In this document: one piece after another, positions 1 through 14,268 of the stretch | Numbering within the stretch: the stretch's first letter is position 1 | Layout of the letters: the number at the start of each line of letters is the position of its first letter | NCBI GenBank assembly: GCA_973895155.1 | Contig: OZ316898.1 | Coordinates: forward strand, 11,307,187 to 11,371,186 | Origin: Marsupella aquatica | Taxonomy: Eukaryota; Plantae; Marchantiophyta | Length of the DNA stretch: 64,000 nt | Direction of reading: 5' to 3' | Notes under the pieces: model-generated | The model's database searches: none | The model's input: only the letters and a program-made list of their open reading frames with translations | What the model was told of the DNA's origin: nothing | Position numbers and translations under genes: made by a program

Positions 1-551
1 ATTCTGTCGTTCAGCACTGTTTAAGTTTCGAGATGAAGTTCCCCAGTCCAATTCTGCCAACGTTTAACGATTACTCAGTTTCGATCACTGTAATCCCAAG
101 AAACGTTAGCCAATAGATGGAGTGTTAGTTGTTTTGTTACATTTGCTGGGATTCGAAATTTGTAGTTTTAGATTGTAACACGATCGTGTGTGCTAATCTT
201 ATCTGATGAGGAAGTAGGCTTTTCGTTTTAGAGAAGACGATATAGTCAAAGATGGGGTTATAGTTCTATATCATTAATTTTAGTAGTTTCTTTGAGCAAT
301 CGGCTACTAATCTAGTTAGAAGAGCTCTAGATCTTAGAGATTGTCTATGTAGAACAGAGGCTTCCTCCAACATATTCCTAATTGGCCGACACAATTAAAA
401 GAGTATTTGAGTGAATAATTGTCTTCATAGTTATCTGGAAGTTTGTGCAAGTCCTCGAAGTTTATTGTTTGTTTGTGGTGTAAGACCCATGTGTCCATGA
501 TGTTGACATGTATTCTGCATATCGAAGGATGTTAAATGTACCGTTGGATGA

Positions 552-3548
<2,997 letters not shown>

Positions 3549-4897
3549 GAATGTAGGATGTAGAGCACTTTTGTCAACATTGGTTTAGCTATTGAAGACC
3601 GAAGGGAGCAAAGCTTGTATACTAGAGGAAACTGCATCTTCTGTATGTAGTTTTAAGTGTTGGAGGCTGCCGGTGTTATTAATGTTTGGAAATGGTCCAG
3701 CTCAGTTACTGGATGTATAGATTGCCCCCATATGTTTTTGTAGAATTCTAGCTGGAATTAGTCACTCCTGTCATTGAATAGTGCCATGTGCGATGGAATA
3801 GGACTATTCACAAGGGAGTTCCCGCCCTTGCTTTGGAAGCTACCAGGAACTGGGAACAAAATCTTATAGGTACTCGGTGAAGCAAAGCCTGGTTTAAAGG
3901 TGTAATGTGCTCAATTAGTTTGTACACTCTTGCTAATTTCTACGCTTGCAGTGGTTGTAGCACCAGGCAAGTAGTTCGCCATGTAGAACGAAGATCAGAG
4001 ATTGATACAAGAATAATGGTGACGGTGTTCAAGTGAGCAGTTTGAAGAGAGGTTGGTTAGTTTTGGGGGTATACCTTGAGGAACAGGAAAGGATTACAAG
4101 TGAGAAATTGACAGTATAATATTGCGATGCACAATAGAATGTCAATGCGAGTTTTAACTTGTTGATGTACGGCTATTTTCTGTGGACTGTAAAACTTGTT
4201 GTTTTCGTTTGAGCTAGCTTGTTACCAGATTTAAAGCCATGCAGGCCCAGGTTTTCGTGGGCTGTGACAACTGTCCCGTGGTCTTTTCGAGGCTGTTCTC
4301 GATTTGAAAAGGATTGTAGGAATGTACTAATTTCAATACACTAGCGCTTCCTCCCATTGGCTGGGTAACCTCCATGTGTGGTCCATTAAGCTCTTTTCAC
4401 ATCTGGAGAGCATGTGATTCTCTTGACTGGAGCTCCAGATTCGATGACAATTTTTCATTACTAGCGAGATTTGGGATTAGCGAAAGTCTGTTTCAAGGGC
4501 TTTTCGGTAGAATCATCAAAGTCAAGTCCTCGTGGTGTATGCCCTGTGTAGTCTCTGCTCTTGAAATGTGCAGAATTGCACTGCTTGTCAAGCCCACCGA
4601 GTCAGTCGTGGATGGAAGTCTTGAACTCGTTGATTACTGAGAGGGTACCTGCGGCTGAACTACTCACTGAGAAAGTATCCTCTGCAGGTGCGAAGATGAG
4701 TTTTCAGGTGGTTTGAGAGAATGGTCCACGGAGTCACTTTACCACAGTATAGCTTGTCAGCCAACTGGGGACATTGTTTCGTATTTTTGTACGGTGCCTG
4801 CGTGAATCCTAGCATTGACACATGCTTTCATCGAAATGCTGTATTCTACAAATTGCAACCCTGAAGCAAAATTTACCAAGTGATTTTGTAATCAATG

Positions 4898-5380
4898 CAA
4901 GTTGATGGAGAGCAATGGTTCTTCGGCTACTACGAGCATGGTAGTGGAGTTTTCAGCTATCCTCCCTAACAAAACCCAATGTATACATATCGCGAAACTG
5001 TGCCTCTGGGCCGCACAACAGTGTCCTCTGGTTGTCAACCAGAAATTAACGGAGATGCGCAGAGAATGGCAAGGTTGCAAGGTTGGCCAAAACCTGTAAC
5101 CACTTCTGTGACAGGTTTTGCGCAAGACTGGGTGTACAAAAACTACCGTGTAAGTTTTTCGAAAACTCTGGGTGGGGCATGGTCCTGTAGTCATTTTGAA
5201 GCTATATCACACTGGAGGTTCATGTCTGAAGTGTGTTTTATCCGTGTTCGGATTGCTGTTTGTTCCTTCTCTGGCCCTGATTGACATCCCTTCTGTTCTG
5301 CAGGCAGTTTGTAAATCTCTTCGCGAAGACGGGAGACGCGGCAGTGGAAGTTGCCGGGAATATAGTGAAAAGGATACGCT
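4898..5380 (+). pseudogene. DeSI/PPPDE (permuted papain-fold) peptidase pseudogene
   Basis: Read across three frames: QVDGEQWFFGYYEHGSGVFSYPP*QNPMYTYRETVPLGRT / VVNQKLTEMRREWQG / LAKTCNHFCDRFCARLGVQKLP, then a GT-AG intron (~5150-5303), then QFVNLFAKTGDAAVEVAGN. This matches the plant DeSI signature (NCNHF...LGV.KLP.WVNRFA..GD). It carries one in-frame stop and two frameshifts. Confidence 0.88.
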
Positions 5381-7509
5381 GTTAGCACAATACCTTTTTG
5401 AATTCATGTAAAAACGAGCTGCTATCCTTGTGAAAGCAGTCAGAGCTACATTAAAGTCAGTCACTTCAGGACTCATGCGTGCCTGGTGAATGTGGACGAC
5501 CACTTCAGTAGACTGTAAAGAAGACGTATTTTAGAGCTACAAAAGAGAAGATTCTGGAAGGGAAGTTCCTCTCGCCTATTGATGTGTCGTCGAACACTTT
5601 CCAAGCTTAGAGAATTAACAATTTGCAATACATAGCCAACTTAGAGAATTTTTACTGTCTGAAACTACTGTAGGATACACTCGAGGTCTCGAAAATATTT
5701 TCGTATGGTCTCCATGCGTACAGCAGTTCCGTATTGGTGTTTTCATCTAAGTGGAAGCTAATGGTAATTGGGAAGTGTAGCCGCGGTCCTCCTCCTGCAA
5801 GGGTTCTCAACGTGGGCCAACCTCCAGCTGAAATCAACGCTGAAATTTGCAGAAATTTGCAGACGTCTGTAGATTTGCGAACTACAGATACACATCGGTC
5901 CACTCGCGACTGTGGCTTTTTTTAATTAGAATTATTCGGAGTTTCTAAACGTAAACTATTCTGTTTTGTGGTATTTTTCAATGCTTTCTGTGCGCCTGGT
6001 CATATCTGATTCATTTGGATATTGATCACTCTTTCCATTTCTGTCTCGGGTTTTTGATGGGATAGGGTTCACTGGGCTTCCAGTCTGTGGTGTGGGCAAG
6101 TCAGGAATATTGGTAAGATTGTGGATCTTGAGTTGGCTCGCCAGTATGATTCAGACAATCTTGACCTGCTCAGATCTTCATGGCATGTACTTGCTACACA
6201 GAAAGGCAGTTAAGAGGTCCAGCAATTGTTGTCTATTGAATAATTGTCATCATTTTCCCCTAGGCACCCATTCTATTCAAATTCTCCCTCTTAGCTTTTC
6301 TCGAGCAGTTATCAGTGTGTTTAGGTTCATGGAGTCGGGAAGTTGACGTGAAATTCAGTGTCCTTGCACAACAAATCGCACACAAGTGATGCCTCAGCTA
6401 TTGCCTGCGAGGAAGATGTTCTTAAGAACCTCAGTGTTGCAAATTCTTGCAATGGGTACTTTTATACTGCCCTGTAACCTTCATACAAACTGAAACCCAC
6501 ATTTTGTGTGTCCAACTTTTAAATCTGTGTCATGAACTTTTCTATGCTCTGCAATAGTGTTTCCCTTGTATCCACTAAGTTGCTCCAACTTCGTTCAGTT
6601 GGTTGTGAAATTCGTTTGTAGAGGACGCATCTGGGTATATTCACTACTGTGACTAACTGAAAGGAGAAATGCTTGTACGAGCTCCTTGGAAACCCTGAGT
6701 TCTACTTTATAAAGCCACTTCCGACATGCTTGTGAGGATTGTCAGGATCCTGGTGGCAAGGAACCTGCCAAATGCATTGGACAGTATTGGATTATCCCTG
6801 ACAGACCTTCAGTCAGTTTATGAAGTTATCGACCATTTGACTATTGAGTTACTTAGTCAGTCACCAGTAGCAGAAAGTATCAAGGGCTAAGAGGAATGGT
6901 GCAACCGTGTTTGCCAATTTAGCCTCATGGCAATCGCACAACCCCAAAAGAGAACCAAATCCTTGGAGGTCCCGTTTGTAGCCCACCTTGATAGTTAGAA
7001 GTAGGGTCATGAGACTCAATTCTTGACACTGATATCCGTCAGGTGATGTGAGACGAATGGCAATTGTGTGTCTTGGACCACTGATGGTCCTTCAATTCTC
7101 ACACTTATTTCCAAGTTAACGAGTTCGACCCTCCTACAGGTTGCAAAGGCAAAGTTAGAGGTTCACGTGCCACCTGCTTGTTCAATAGTAAGAAGGTACA
7201 CATGAACTAGACTGATAATCTGGCTGATGACTGGAATATGATGGTAAATATCTCACAATAGATCTGCCTAATAAAAGCCCAAGGAAATTGTAGTGTAAAA
7301 ACAATCAAGATATAGAAGGGTGCCACAAGCACAGATAGCAAAGAAGATTTGAGGTCTACCAAGTACCAACCACCATACAGGGCAAGAGGAGTAGAGTATT
7401 ACTAAATACGCGGGCTAAAAATTCTCGAAGAGTAGTTTACCATCGGCACAGCTCCCTCTTCAGTACTACACAACTTAATTGCACACTATACCTTTGTAGT
7501 TATCTTGTT

Positions 7510-7960
7510 CAAGGTAATATCATCAGGGATCCCTCGAAGAAGATGTTGAGACTTTTTGTCAGAAAGTACGCCACAGCTTTGAGGTCCCTGGAAACAATGT
7601 TCAGACTTTCTGTCAGTAGACATCTCTCGTTGGCTTGGTCTATCCGACCGGAGATTGAAGATTTAATTCATGCACTACCTGAAGGCGGGGTCACCAAAAA
7701 CTATTTAGTCTCACCCATGAGTCTCTACGCAGAGAACTACCATGACATTTACTTTCTGACGCAATCGGGTCACCAAAGGTACAGACAGGGGAGAGTTTGT
7801 AGTGGCTCTTCCAAATGTTTGAAGCTCCAACAGCATAGAATAAAGTAAGTCAGATTGAATGAGACTAGAGGACAGCGAGATAATCAATCGAATGTTCCAT
7901 ATAAACATGAATCGATTGGAAAGGAGCAGGAGGCAGGAAGTGGAGAACCTATTCTGAGAT
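7510..7960 (+). mobile_element. Possible decayed retrotransposon gag fragment
   Basis: Frameshifted pieces YHQGSLEEDVETF, FVRKYATAL and VQTGESL weakly resemble retrotransposon gag motifs (G...EDV..F; QG.ES). There are many stops and no LTR was found. Confidence 0.25.
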
Positions 7961-8419
7961 GACTTACTGGTTTCTATGCTGATGCCACAATTTTCAGCCA
8001 GGCCAGAGGTGCACCACGGTACGTAGAGAAGCTGCATTGCACTCAAGGGTCGTACCAGTATGTTATTAGTCCTCTACATCCAAGCAGACGCTAAACTGTA
8101 TGGAGCTCAATGAAGCAGATACTTTTACCTTACAAGATTGTTCGGATACTGAATAACTGGCGTGCTCCAAACAAGTTCTTTTAGCAATCCAAATTTCCAC
8201 CACCGTTCTCCAGTCGTCCCGTTTCCGGACTTGTGCTGTAGAGATAGTTGGATACGTTCGGACCTCGACGAGAAGTTCCGACGGCTCCGAGACAAAACGT
8301 AGTTCAGGGTTTAGAGTTTATGCAGCTGGATATGGACCTGCTTAGACAACAGTCCAACCACTAATGAAATCGGCGAGAGCGATGCGAGACAACTGTCTTG
8401 GCTACGGAAGCGAGAGATT

Positions 8420-8990
8420 GAAATACGATCGATTTGCGAATACAATCAATACTCCGAATGGATGAATTCAAGTGTCAAGGAAATGGCCGGCCCACAGGAT
8501 ATCCTTCACGAAAACATCCAGCACTCACATGAAATCGAGGAGTGCTTTACTCGTTGCAGCATCTCCGGACTTCATGGGAGTGCTGGATCTTTTCCAATCA
8601 AATCAGTCCAACTCTGGTTTGCGGTCTCTTACTCAATAAAATCAGTCCAACTCTCGATTGCGATCTGTCCCTCCCATGAAATCAGGAGTGCTTGAAACGT
8701 TGCAGCATCGCCGGATTTGATGGGAGTCTAACTTTGGATTGCGGTATGTCCCGTCGTGATAGGGAGAGCGAGAAGTATAGCACAGCCAAAGCGGTCTGTC
8801 CCGTCGTGATAGGGAGAGCGAGAAATAGCACAGCCACGGATCGGGTGCATGGCGGACAGCAGCTCTCAAACCTGATGGTCTCATTTGCAGGAACTAAACT
8901 ACCTGTACGTGGATGTGATGTCTAATTGAACCCATGGGCAGGAGGGGGTGGTAGTCGCCGATGGCGGTGTAATCCCATCGGGCGAGAACT
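8420..8990. repeat. Diverged direct copy of the 9760-10140 block (downstream region of the F-box gene)
   Basis: Shared segments appear in the same order in both blocks: aatac.atcgatt..cgaatacaa, gaattcaagtgtc, gcactcacatg.aatcg..gagtgct, gcagcatctccgga, tgcatggcggacagcagct, tacctgtacgtg. Confidence 0.8.
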
Positions 8991-9266
8991 TGCTAGTACG
9001 TGCAATTTCCCCGAGCGGGCAGTTGCACACCCGGTTGCACAATGTCGATCCAAGACAACCACTGAATCGAGCAAAAGAATTTTGCGCACTAGAGTCACAT
9101 TCACAAACGAAAGGGATGTCCTACAAAGTAGATTCCGAGTCAGACACCAAACTGAGCTACGATTAAAGATTTTGAAAGTGCGCAAGTCAAGCTTTGGTGT
9201 TAATGAGACCGCTCAAGCTCGGTGGTCTGGACGACGACTGTTGATAATTGTTTGAACAATCCAGCC

Positions 9267-9446
9267 ACTCTCACTGTACATAGAAACAGTTTCACGAACA
9301 TGCATGCTAGTTTCAGACGGGGTTTCAGACAAAACAGACGACGCACGGGTTCATCAACTCTCGCTGTACATAGAAACAGTTTCACGAACATGCATGCTAG
9401 TTTCAGACGGGGTTTCAGACAAAACAGACGACCCATGGGTTCATCT
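9267..9446. repeat. Tandem duplication, 2 x ~90 bp
   Basis: ctgtacatagaaacagtttcacgaacatgcatgctagtttcagacggggtttcagacaaaacagacgac occurs at 9274 and 9364. Confidence 0.95.
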
Positions 9447-9755
9447 TAGAGAAGCAATTCCGAACATTGAGGCCCTAGATTTCTAGTAAACTTGGATTTA
9501 TTCTGAACAATGCAGGGTAATTGAAGATTTTTCACATCTATTTTCACTCAGTTGTAGTTTCCTTTCGAGTTTATAGAGCATACAATTGATTTCTTCTCAG
9601 ATAGATTTCTTCCCCATTTGTTTATGTACTCATCAATTCACAGTTGAATGTCCTTGCACAATAGTTTTCTTACAGCACCAATTGTTCATTTATTTGCGAA
9701 ATTTGCTTTCAAGTTCTTAACAACTTGTTCTGACAGAACTCAAACGAATTCCTTA
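9410..9755. repeat. Diverged direct repeat, with a second copy at ~21525-21880
   Basis: gtttcagacaaaacagac...ggttcatcttagaga...ttctgaacaatgcaggg...gagcatacaattgatttcttctcagat...ttctgacagaactcaaacgaatt is colinear in both places. Confidence 0.9.
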
Positions 9756-10668
9756 TTACTAATACTATCGATTCACGAATACAACTAATACTATCGATTC
9801 AAGAATACAACTAATACTCCGAAGCTTCATGAGTGGCTGAATTCAAGTGTCCAGTAAATGGCATTCACGAAGACATCTAGCACTCACATGGAATCGGGAG
9901 TGCTGCACTCGCTGCAGCATCTCCGGATTTGATGACTGAGTCCCTTAAAAATCAAATTATTCTAGATGGAGAGGATTATAGAACAGCTACAAATCCGTTG
10001 CATGGCGGACAGCAGCTATCAAAAGTCTCGTTTGCAGTAACTACTATCTATACCTGTACGTGCCTCTCCCGTAGTTGCGCGCGGGCACGGTGTGATGTGT
10101 AAGGAACCCCTGGGCTGGAGGGGGTTGTAATTCCCGACGGCCCTGTACCTGAACCATGAATCCTTCGTGTGTCGAGCGGATCGTCCGTTTACCATTTTCA
10201 ATCGCTATCACGTCCATCCCAAGGTCCATCCTCTTTCGAATGAGCACCACGACTGTCGACATCAACACTCCGCTCCTCCTCAGGTTGGAATTGATGCTCC
10301 AAGTCATTTGGGAAACTGGTCCACACACCTGTCAATTCAACAGCCAGAATGATTATGTCACACTACCACAGAAACTACGAACAAGTTCGAGAAGAGGCTA
10401 AGTTAAGTTCAGAAGCCCCGGACTTTTACCGGACTTCTTTTGAGTTGTCCCGAAGGCTTAGTTTACCGAAGAAGAAACAACTGACAGCAGGACAGGCCGG
10501 GAAGATGTGCGAGAAAGGGCACTAAATAATGGAGCTCTAGGGTACAACACACCTCCGCTATGAGTGTGTGACGTAAGGAATGGGCTAAGAAAACATTGGT
10601 CATAGAAAGGTCCATAGTAAATTGAATGTCGACTTACCAATATATTGATGCCAATGTCTGAATTATGT

Positions 10669-11925
10669 TCAGATCTGAACCGAACACAGGCGAGTCTGAT
10701 ACCAGCAACATGGATTGTTGAAAGAGTCAGGAACCTCTATTTGTTGCCAAGAGATCTCCACGTTTTCTTTCCTGAATCCTTCGCTTCTGACCATGAGATA
10801 TTCATAGTTGTAATCTTTTGCCGTAATACTTTTCCCAGCTTTTGTGGCAAGTATGGCCACAAGCTCGTCATTCACAGGCACAACGGCAGTCGGCACTATC
10901 ACACCTTCTCCACACAGCGTAATCTTGAATGAATGTACTTCAGTCCATGAATTTTCATCCCTATTTGTGAGAACATGAATACTTGACCGGCCCATCGAAT
11001 ATAACTTGCCTTCCACCACAAATAAGATTTCCAAGGGTGCCCTCATCAGAGGCATGGTTGTTGTCCACTCATCCTTCCCTGGATAATATACATCCATGAA
11101 ATCTCCATAAAGCTGTCTCAGGAATGAAGGACACATCAAAAGATTACGTCTCGACAGATAAAAATTACGATCCGTGATGAGCGATCCACCCTGGACAATA
11201 ATCTCATCTCCCATAGTTGTTACCCTGTGAGAAAATCGTGAAAAAGGTAGCATGGGCATTACTGAGGACCAACTATCATCTTCAGGATTGTAAACCTCCG
11301 ATCCACTAATAATGTTCAACGATGAAATGCCTCCAAACACATATATCTTTCCATTGCAAACAGCGCATCCAAAACTTGCTCTTGGTTCTTTCATACTTGC
11401 ACACTTCTTCCAGTGCAAATTGTTCCCAGCGAGATCCAACATGTACACTCGATTATTGGCAGGCTCACCAATACACCCCAACCCTCCTCCAAGAAAATAG
11501 ATCTTACCATTCAACCCAACAATTTCGCTACACCATGGGCTTTCTGCAAAACCTCTACCCCAATCTCCACCAGCACTTGGGATTTTAGGGAGTTCTATCC
11601 AAGAGCCGTCCTGTAAGGAATAGAGAAGAAGTACACGAACTGTGACAGAAGGTGGTGTGAAACTCAGAAGAACAAATGTCGTGCGTGAGCGAACTCTTCC
11701 GTTGTAAAGCTGCCGACTCAGAAGTACTTCGAGCCAATCCCGGTTCACTGTTGACATAATATGACGCGCCCTCCATGTCAGCTTTGGAGCAATGACATCC
11801 GCGGTAATATGATCTGGGAGCCCCGGAATAAGTGCCTCGGTAGCATGCGAGGTCATAGTCATTCTTCCAAAACGCCTTGAAACAGAATCTGTCACAGTGG
11901 ATGGTAAAGTAGAGCCGTTCTCCAT
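10669..11925 (-). CDS. F-box/kelch-repeat protein, single-exon CDS, 418 aa
   Basis: F-box start LIPGLPDHITADVI. Kelch repeats NGKIYFLGG...WKKCASMKEPRASFGCAVCNGKIYVFGG...SEVYNPEDDSW. Confidence 0.92.
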   Translation of the reverse strand: MENGSTLPSTVTDSVSRRFGRMTMTSHATEALIPGLPDHITADVIAPKLTWRARHIMSTVNRDWLEVLLSRQLYNGRVRSRTTFVLLSFTPPSVTVRVLLLYSLQDGSWIELPKIPSAGGDWGRGFAESPWCSEIVGLNGKIYFLGGGLGCIGEPANNRVYMLDLAGNNLHWKKCASMKEPRASFGCAVCNGKIYVFGGISSLNIISGSEVYNPEDDSWSSVMPMLPFSRFSHRVTTMGDEIIVQGGSLITDRNFYLSRRNLLMCPSFLRQLYGDFMDVYYPGKDEWTTTMPLMRAPLEILFVVEGKLYSMGRSSIHVLTNRDENSWTEVHSFKITLCGEGVIVPTAVVPVNDELVAILATKAGKSITAKDYNYEYLMVRSEGFRKENVEISWQQIEVPDSFNNPCCWYQTRLCSVQI

Positions 11926-12139
11926 GTCACTAGCACGCTTTTAGTAAAAGAGTCAACTGTGATCGCAAAGAGTCCGGCGGCTGTGAAATGCTGGTACTCC
12001 TATAAATGATCCAGAAATTTGTCACGCTTATGCAGCAGCTGCCCCTAAAAACGCCGGCCCATGCAAACTTTCTCAAATTCACTCGCCGCTGCGCTAATAT
12101 ATGTTCTGCACATCGATCAGTCCAAGGCACGCGCCTACG

Positions 12140-12985
12140 CAGCAACTGCAACAACTTGTTGAAATTTCCGATTCACAGTGTTCAATTTCCCAGTAGAACC
12201 GAAGCTGCCAAAGGCCCTTGCAAGCTCGGGTACGTTGTCAGCTTGCAGCATTCGCAACTGCAACAACTTGTTGAAATTTCCGATTCACAGCGTTCAATTT
12301 CCCTGTAGAACCGAAGCTGCCGACGCCCCTTTCAAGCTCGGGTGTCAGCTTGCAGCATTCGCAACCGCAACGACTTGTTATTTCCGATTCGCGGTTTTCA
12401 ATCTCCCTGTAGAACCGAAGCTGCCGACGCCCCTTTCAAGCTCGGGTGTCAGCTTGCAGCATTCGCAACTGCAACAACTTGTTGAAATTTCCGATTCACA
12501 GCGTTCAATTTCCCTGTAGCACCGAAGCTGCCGACGCCCCTTTCAAGCTCGGGTGTCAGCTTGCAGCATTCGCAACTGCAACGACTTGTTGGAATTTCCG
12601 ATTCGCGGTGTTCAATCTCCCTGTAGAACCGAAGCTGCCAACGCCCCTTTCAAGCTCGGGTGTCAGCTTGCAGCATTCGCAACTGCAACGACTTGTTGGA
12701 ATTTCCGATTCGCGGTGTTCAATCTCCCTGTAGAACCGAAGCTGCCAACGCCCCTTTCAAGCTCGGGTGTCAGCTTGCAGCATTCGCAACTGCAACGACT
12801 TGTTGGAATTTCCGATTCGCAGCGTTCAATCTCCCTGTAGGAAGCTGCCAACGCCCCTTTCAAGCTCGGGTGTCTGCTTGCAGCATTCGCAACGGCAACG
12901 ACTTGTTGAAATATCCGATTCGCGGCGTTCAATTTCCCTGTGAACCGAAGCTCCTAGCGCCCCTTTCAAGCTCGGGTGTCAGCTT
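12140..12985. repeat. Tandem array of ~107 bp units (~8 copies) directly upstream of the F-box/kelch gene
   Basis: The unit gcaactgcaac.acttgttg.aatttccgattc...tagaaccgaagctgcc...ttcaagctcgggtgtcagcttgcagcattc starts at ~12142, 12254, 12361, 12464, 12572, 12679, 12786 and 12889. Confidence 0.97.
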
Positions 12986-13053
12986 CGTCTTTTGCGTTCT
13001 GTCTGTTGACTCTTTTGCACAGAAGGAGAACCGGATCACAACTACCCCTATAT

Positions 13054-13273
13054 GAGCTCCCGGTAACCCGAAGCCCACACTCTAGTGCTCTAATAATTAG
13101 TCAGTGATGGATGGGCAACAATGCGGGCAGTAGTGAGCTACCGGTAACCCGAAGCCCACCCTCGAGTGCTCTAATTAGTCAGTGATGGATGGGCAACAAT
13201 GCGGGCAGTAGTGACGGGCTTCTAATTAGTCAGTGCTGGATGGGCAACAATGCGGGCAGTAGTGACGGGCTTC
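13054..13273. repeat. Compound short tandem repeat
   Basis: ccggtaacccgaagcccac occurs twice and taattagtcagtg.tggatgggcaacaatgcgggcagtagtga three times. Confidence 0.9.
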
Positions 13274-13794
13274 TTTTAGGGAGGCCTACTGGGTATGCTC
13301 AAATATATTTGGACGTTCAAAGCTCTCCAGGGAGGCCTACTGGGTTCTCTTGTATGTCCAAATATAGTAGGATTTTCAAAGCTCTACAAGAAATGTTACA
13401 TGCTTACTGGCTATCACACTACTGTAGATTGCAATCTGTAGATTGTGATCAATTCCTGGCGCGGTGGTGTCATATTGTATTCACGCACCTGGCTGTGCAT
13501 AAAGAGGTTTGATGAGGTGGTGGCGTGTTGCGCACGAATGCCTGCACGAAGTATGGAGCGCTTGGCTGGGCACAGCGTGTTGAAGTGCCTGATCCTGAAG
13601 AATGACATTCATCCAAGGCAGAAATGAACAGCGCCCGGGAGGGGAACGGGGCCCTTTTCTATGCGCTGCTGTGGCTTAATAATTGCCCTTTTCTATGCGC
13701 AGCTGTGGCTTAATAATTTCCTTGTGTCGTTCTTCGCTGCATATTGAAACTGTTCAATTTCAACACGATTTCCAGCAATTTCAACACGATTTCC

Positions 13795-13881
13795 ATCACT
13801 GAGGTTGAAGGTGGTCACCTCCATCAGTGAGGTTGAAGGTCAGTGAGGTTGAAGGTCAGTGAGGTTGAAGGTGGTCACCTC
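13795..13881. repeat. Short tandem repeat of cagtgaggttgaaggt (~4 copies) abutting the left TIR
   Basis: Read directly from the sequence. Confidence 0.85.
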
Positions 13882-13915
13882 TAGCACGCATTAAATTTAC
13901 AACAAGTTAATGCTC

Positions 13916-14268
13916 CCCAATTTTCTTGGAGCCCCGTACATTGTCTGTCCCATCCCCCATGCTGCTGCCAGTTAGGGTGGAGTTTGCCAAAACATAAACC
14001 AATACTCTATCATTTTGTCATCCGCTCAGGCTCGATCAACTTTGTACCATCGACTTCAGGTTTATGTTCTGGCACTCGTCACTTGTTGTCACCCAATTTT
14101 CTTGGAGCCCCGTACATTGTCTGTCCCATCCCCCATGCTGCTGCCAGTTAGGGTGGAGTTTGCCAAAACATAAACCAATACTCTATCATTTTGTCATCCG
14201 CTCAGGCTCGATCAACTTTGTACCATCGACTTCAGGTTTATGTTCTGGCACCCGTCACTTGTTGTCAC
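13916..14268. repeat. Near-identical tandem duplication (2 x 176 bp) of the left TIR segment
   Basis: cccaattttcttggagccccgtacattg... starts at 13916 and again at 14092. Confidence 0.95.

Noticed and set aside
6000-6900. LINE remnant on the minus strand
   Set aside because: No convincing endonuclease or RT motif in the frames I read.
12140-12985. CRISPR-like array, or the repeated ORFs (MSACSIRNCN...) as proteins
   Set aside because: Units are contiguous with no unique spacers, there are no cas genes and the context is eukaryotic. The ORFs are by-products of the repeat.
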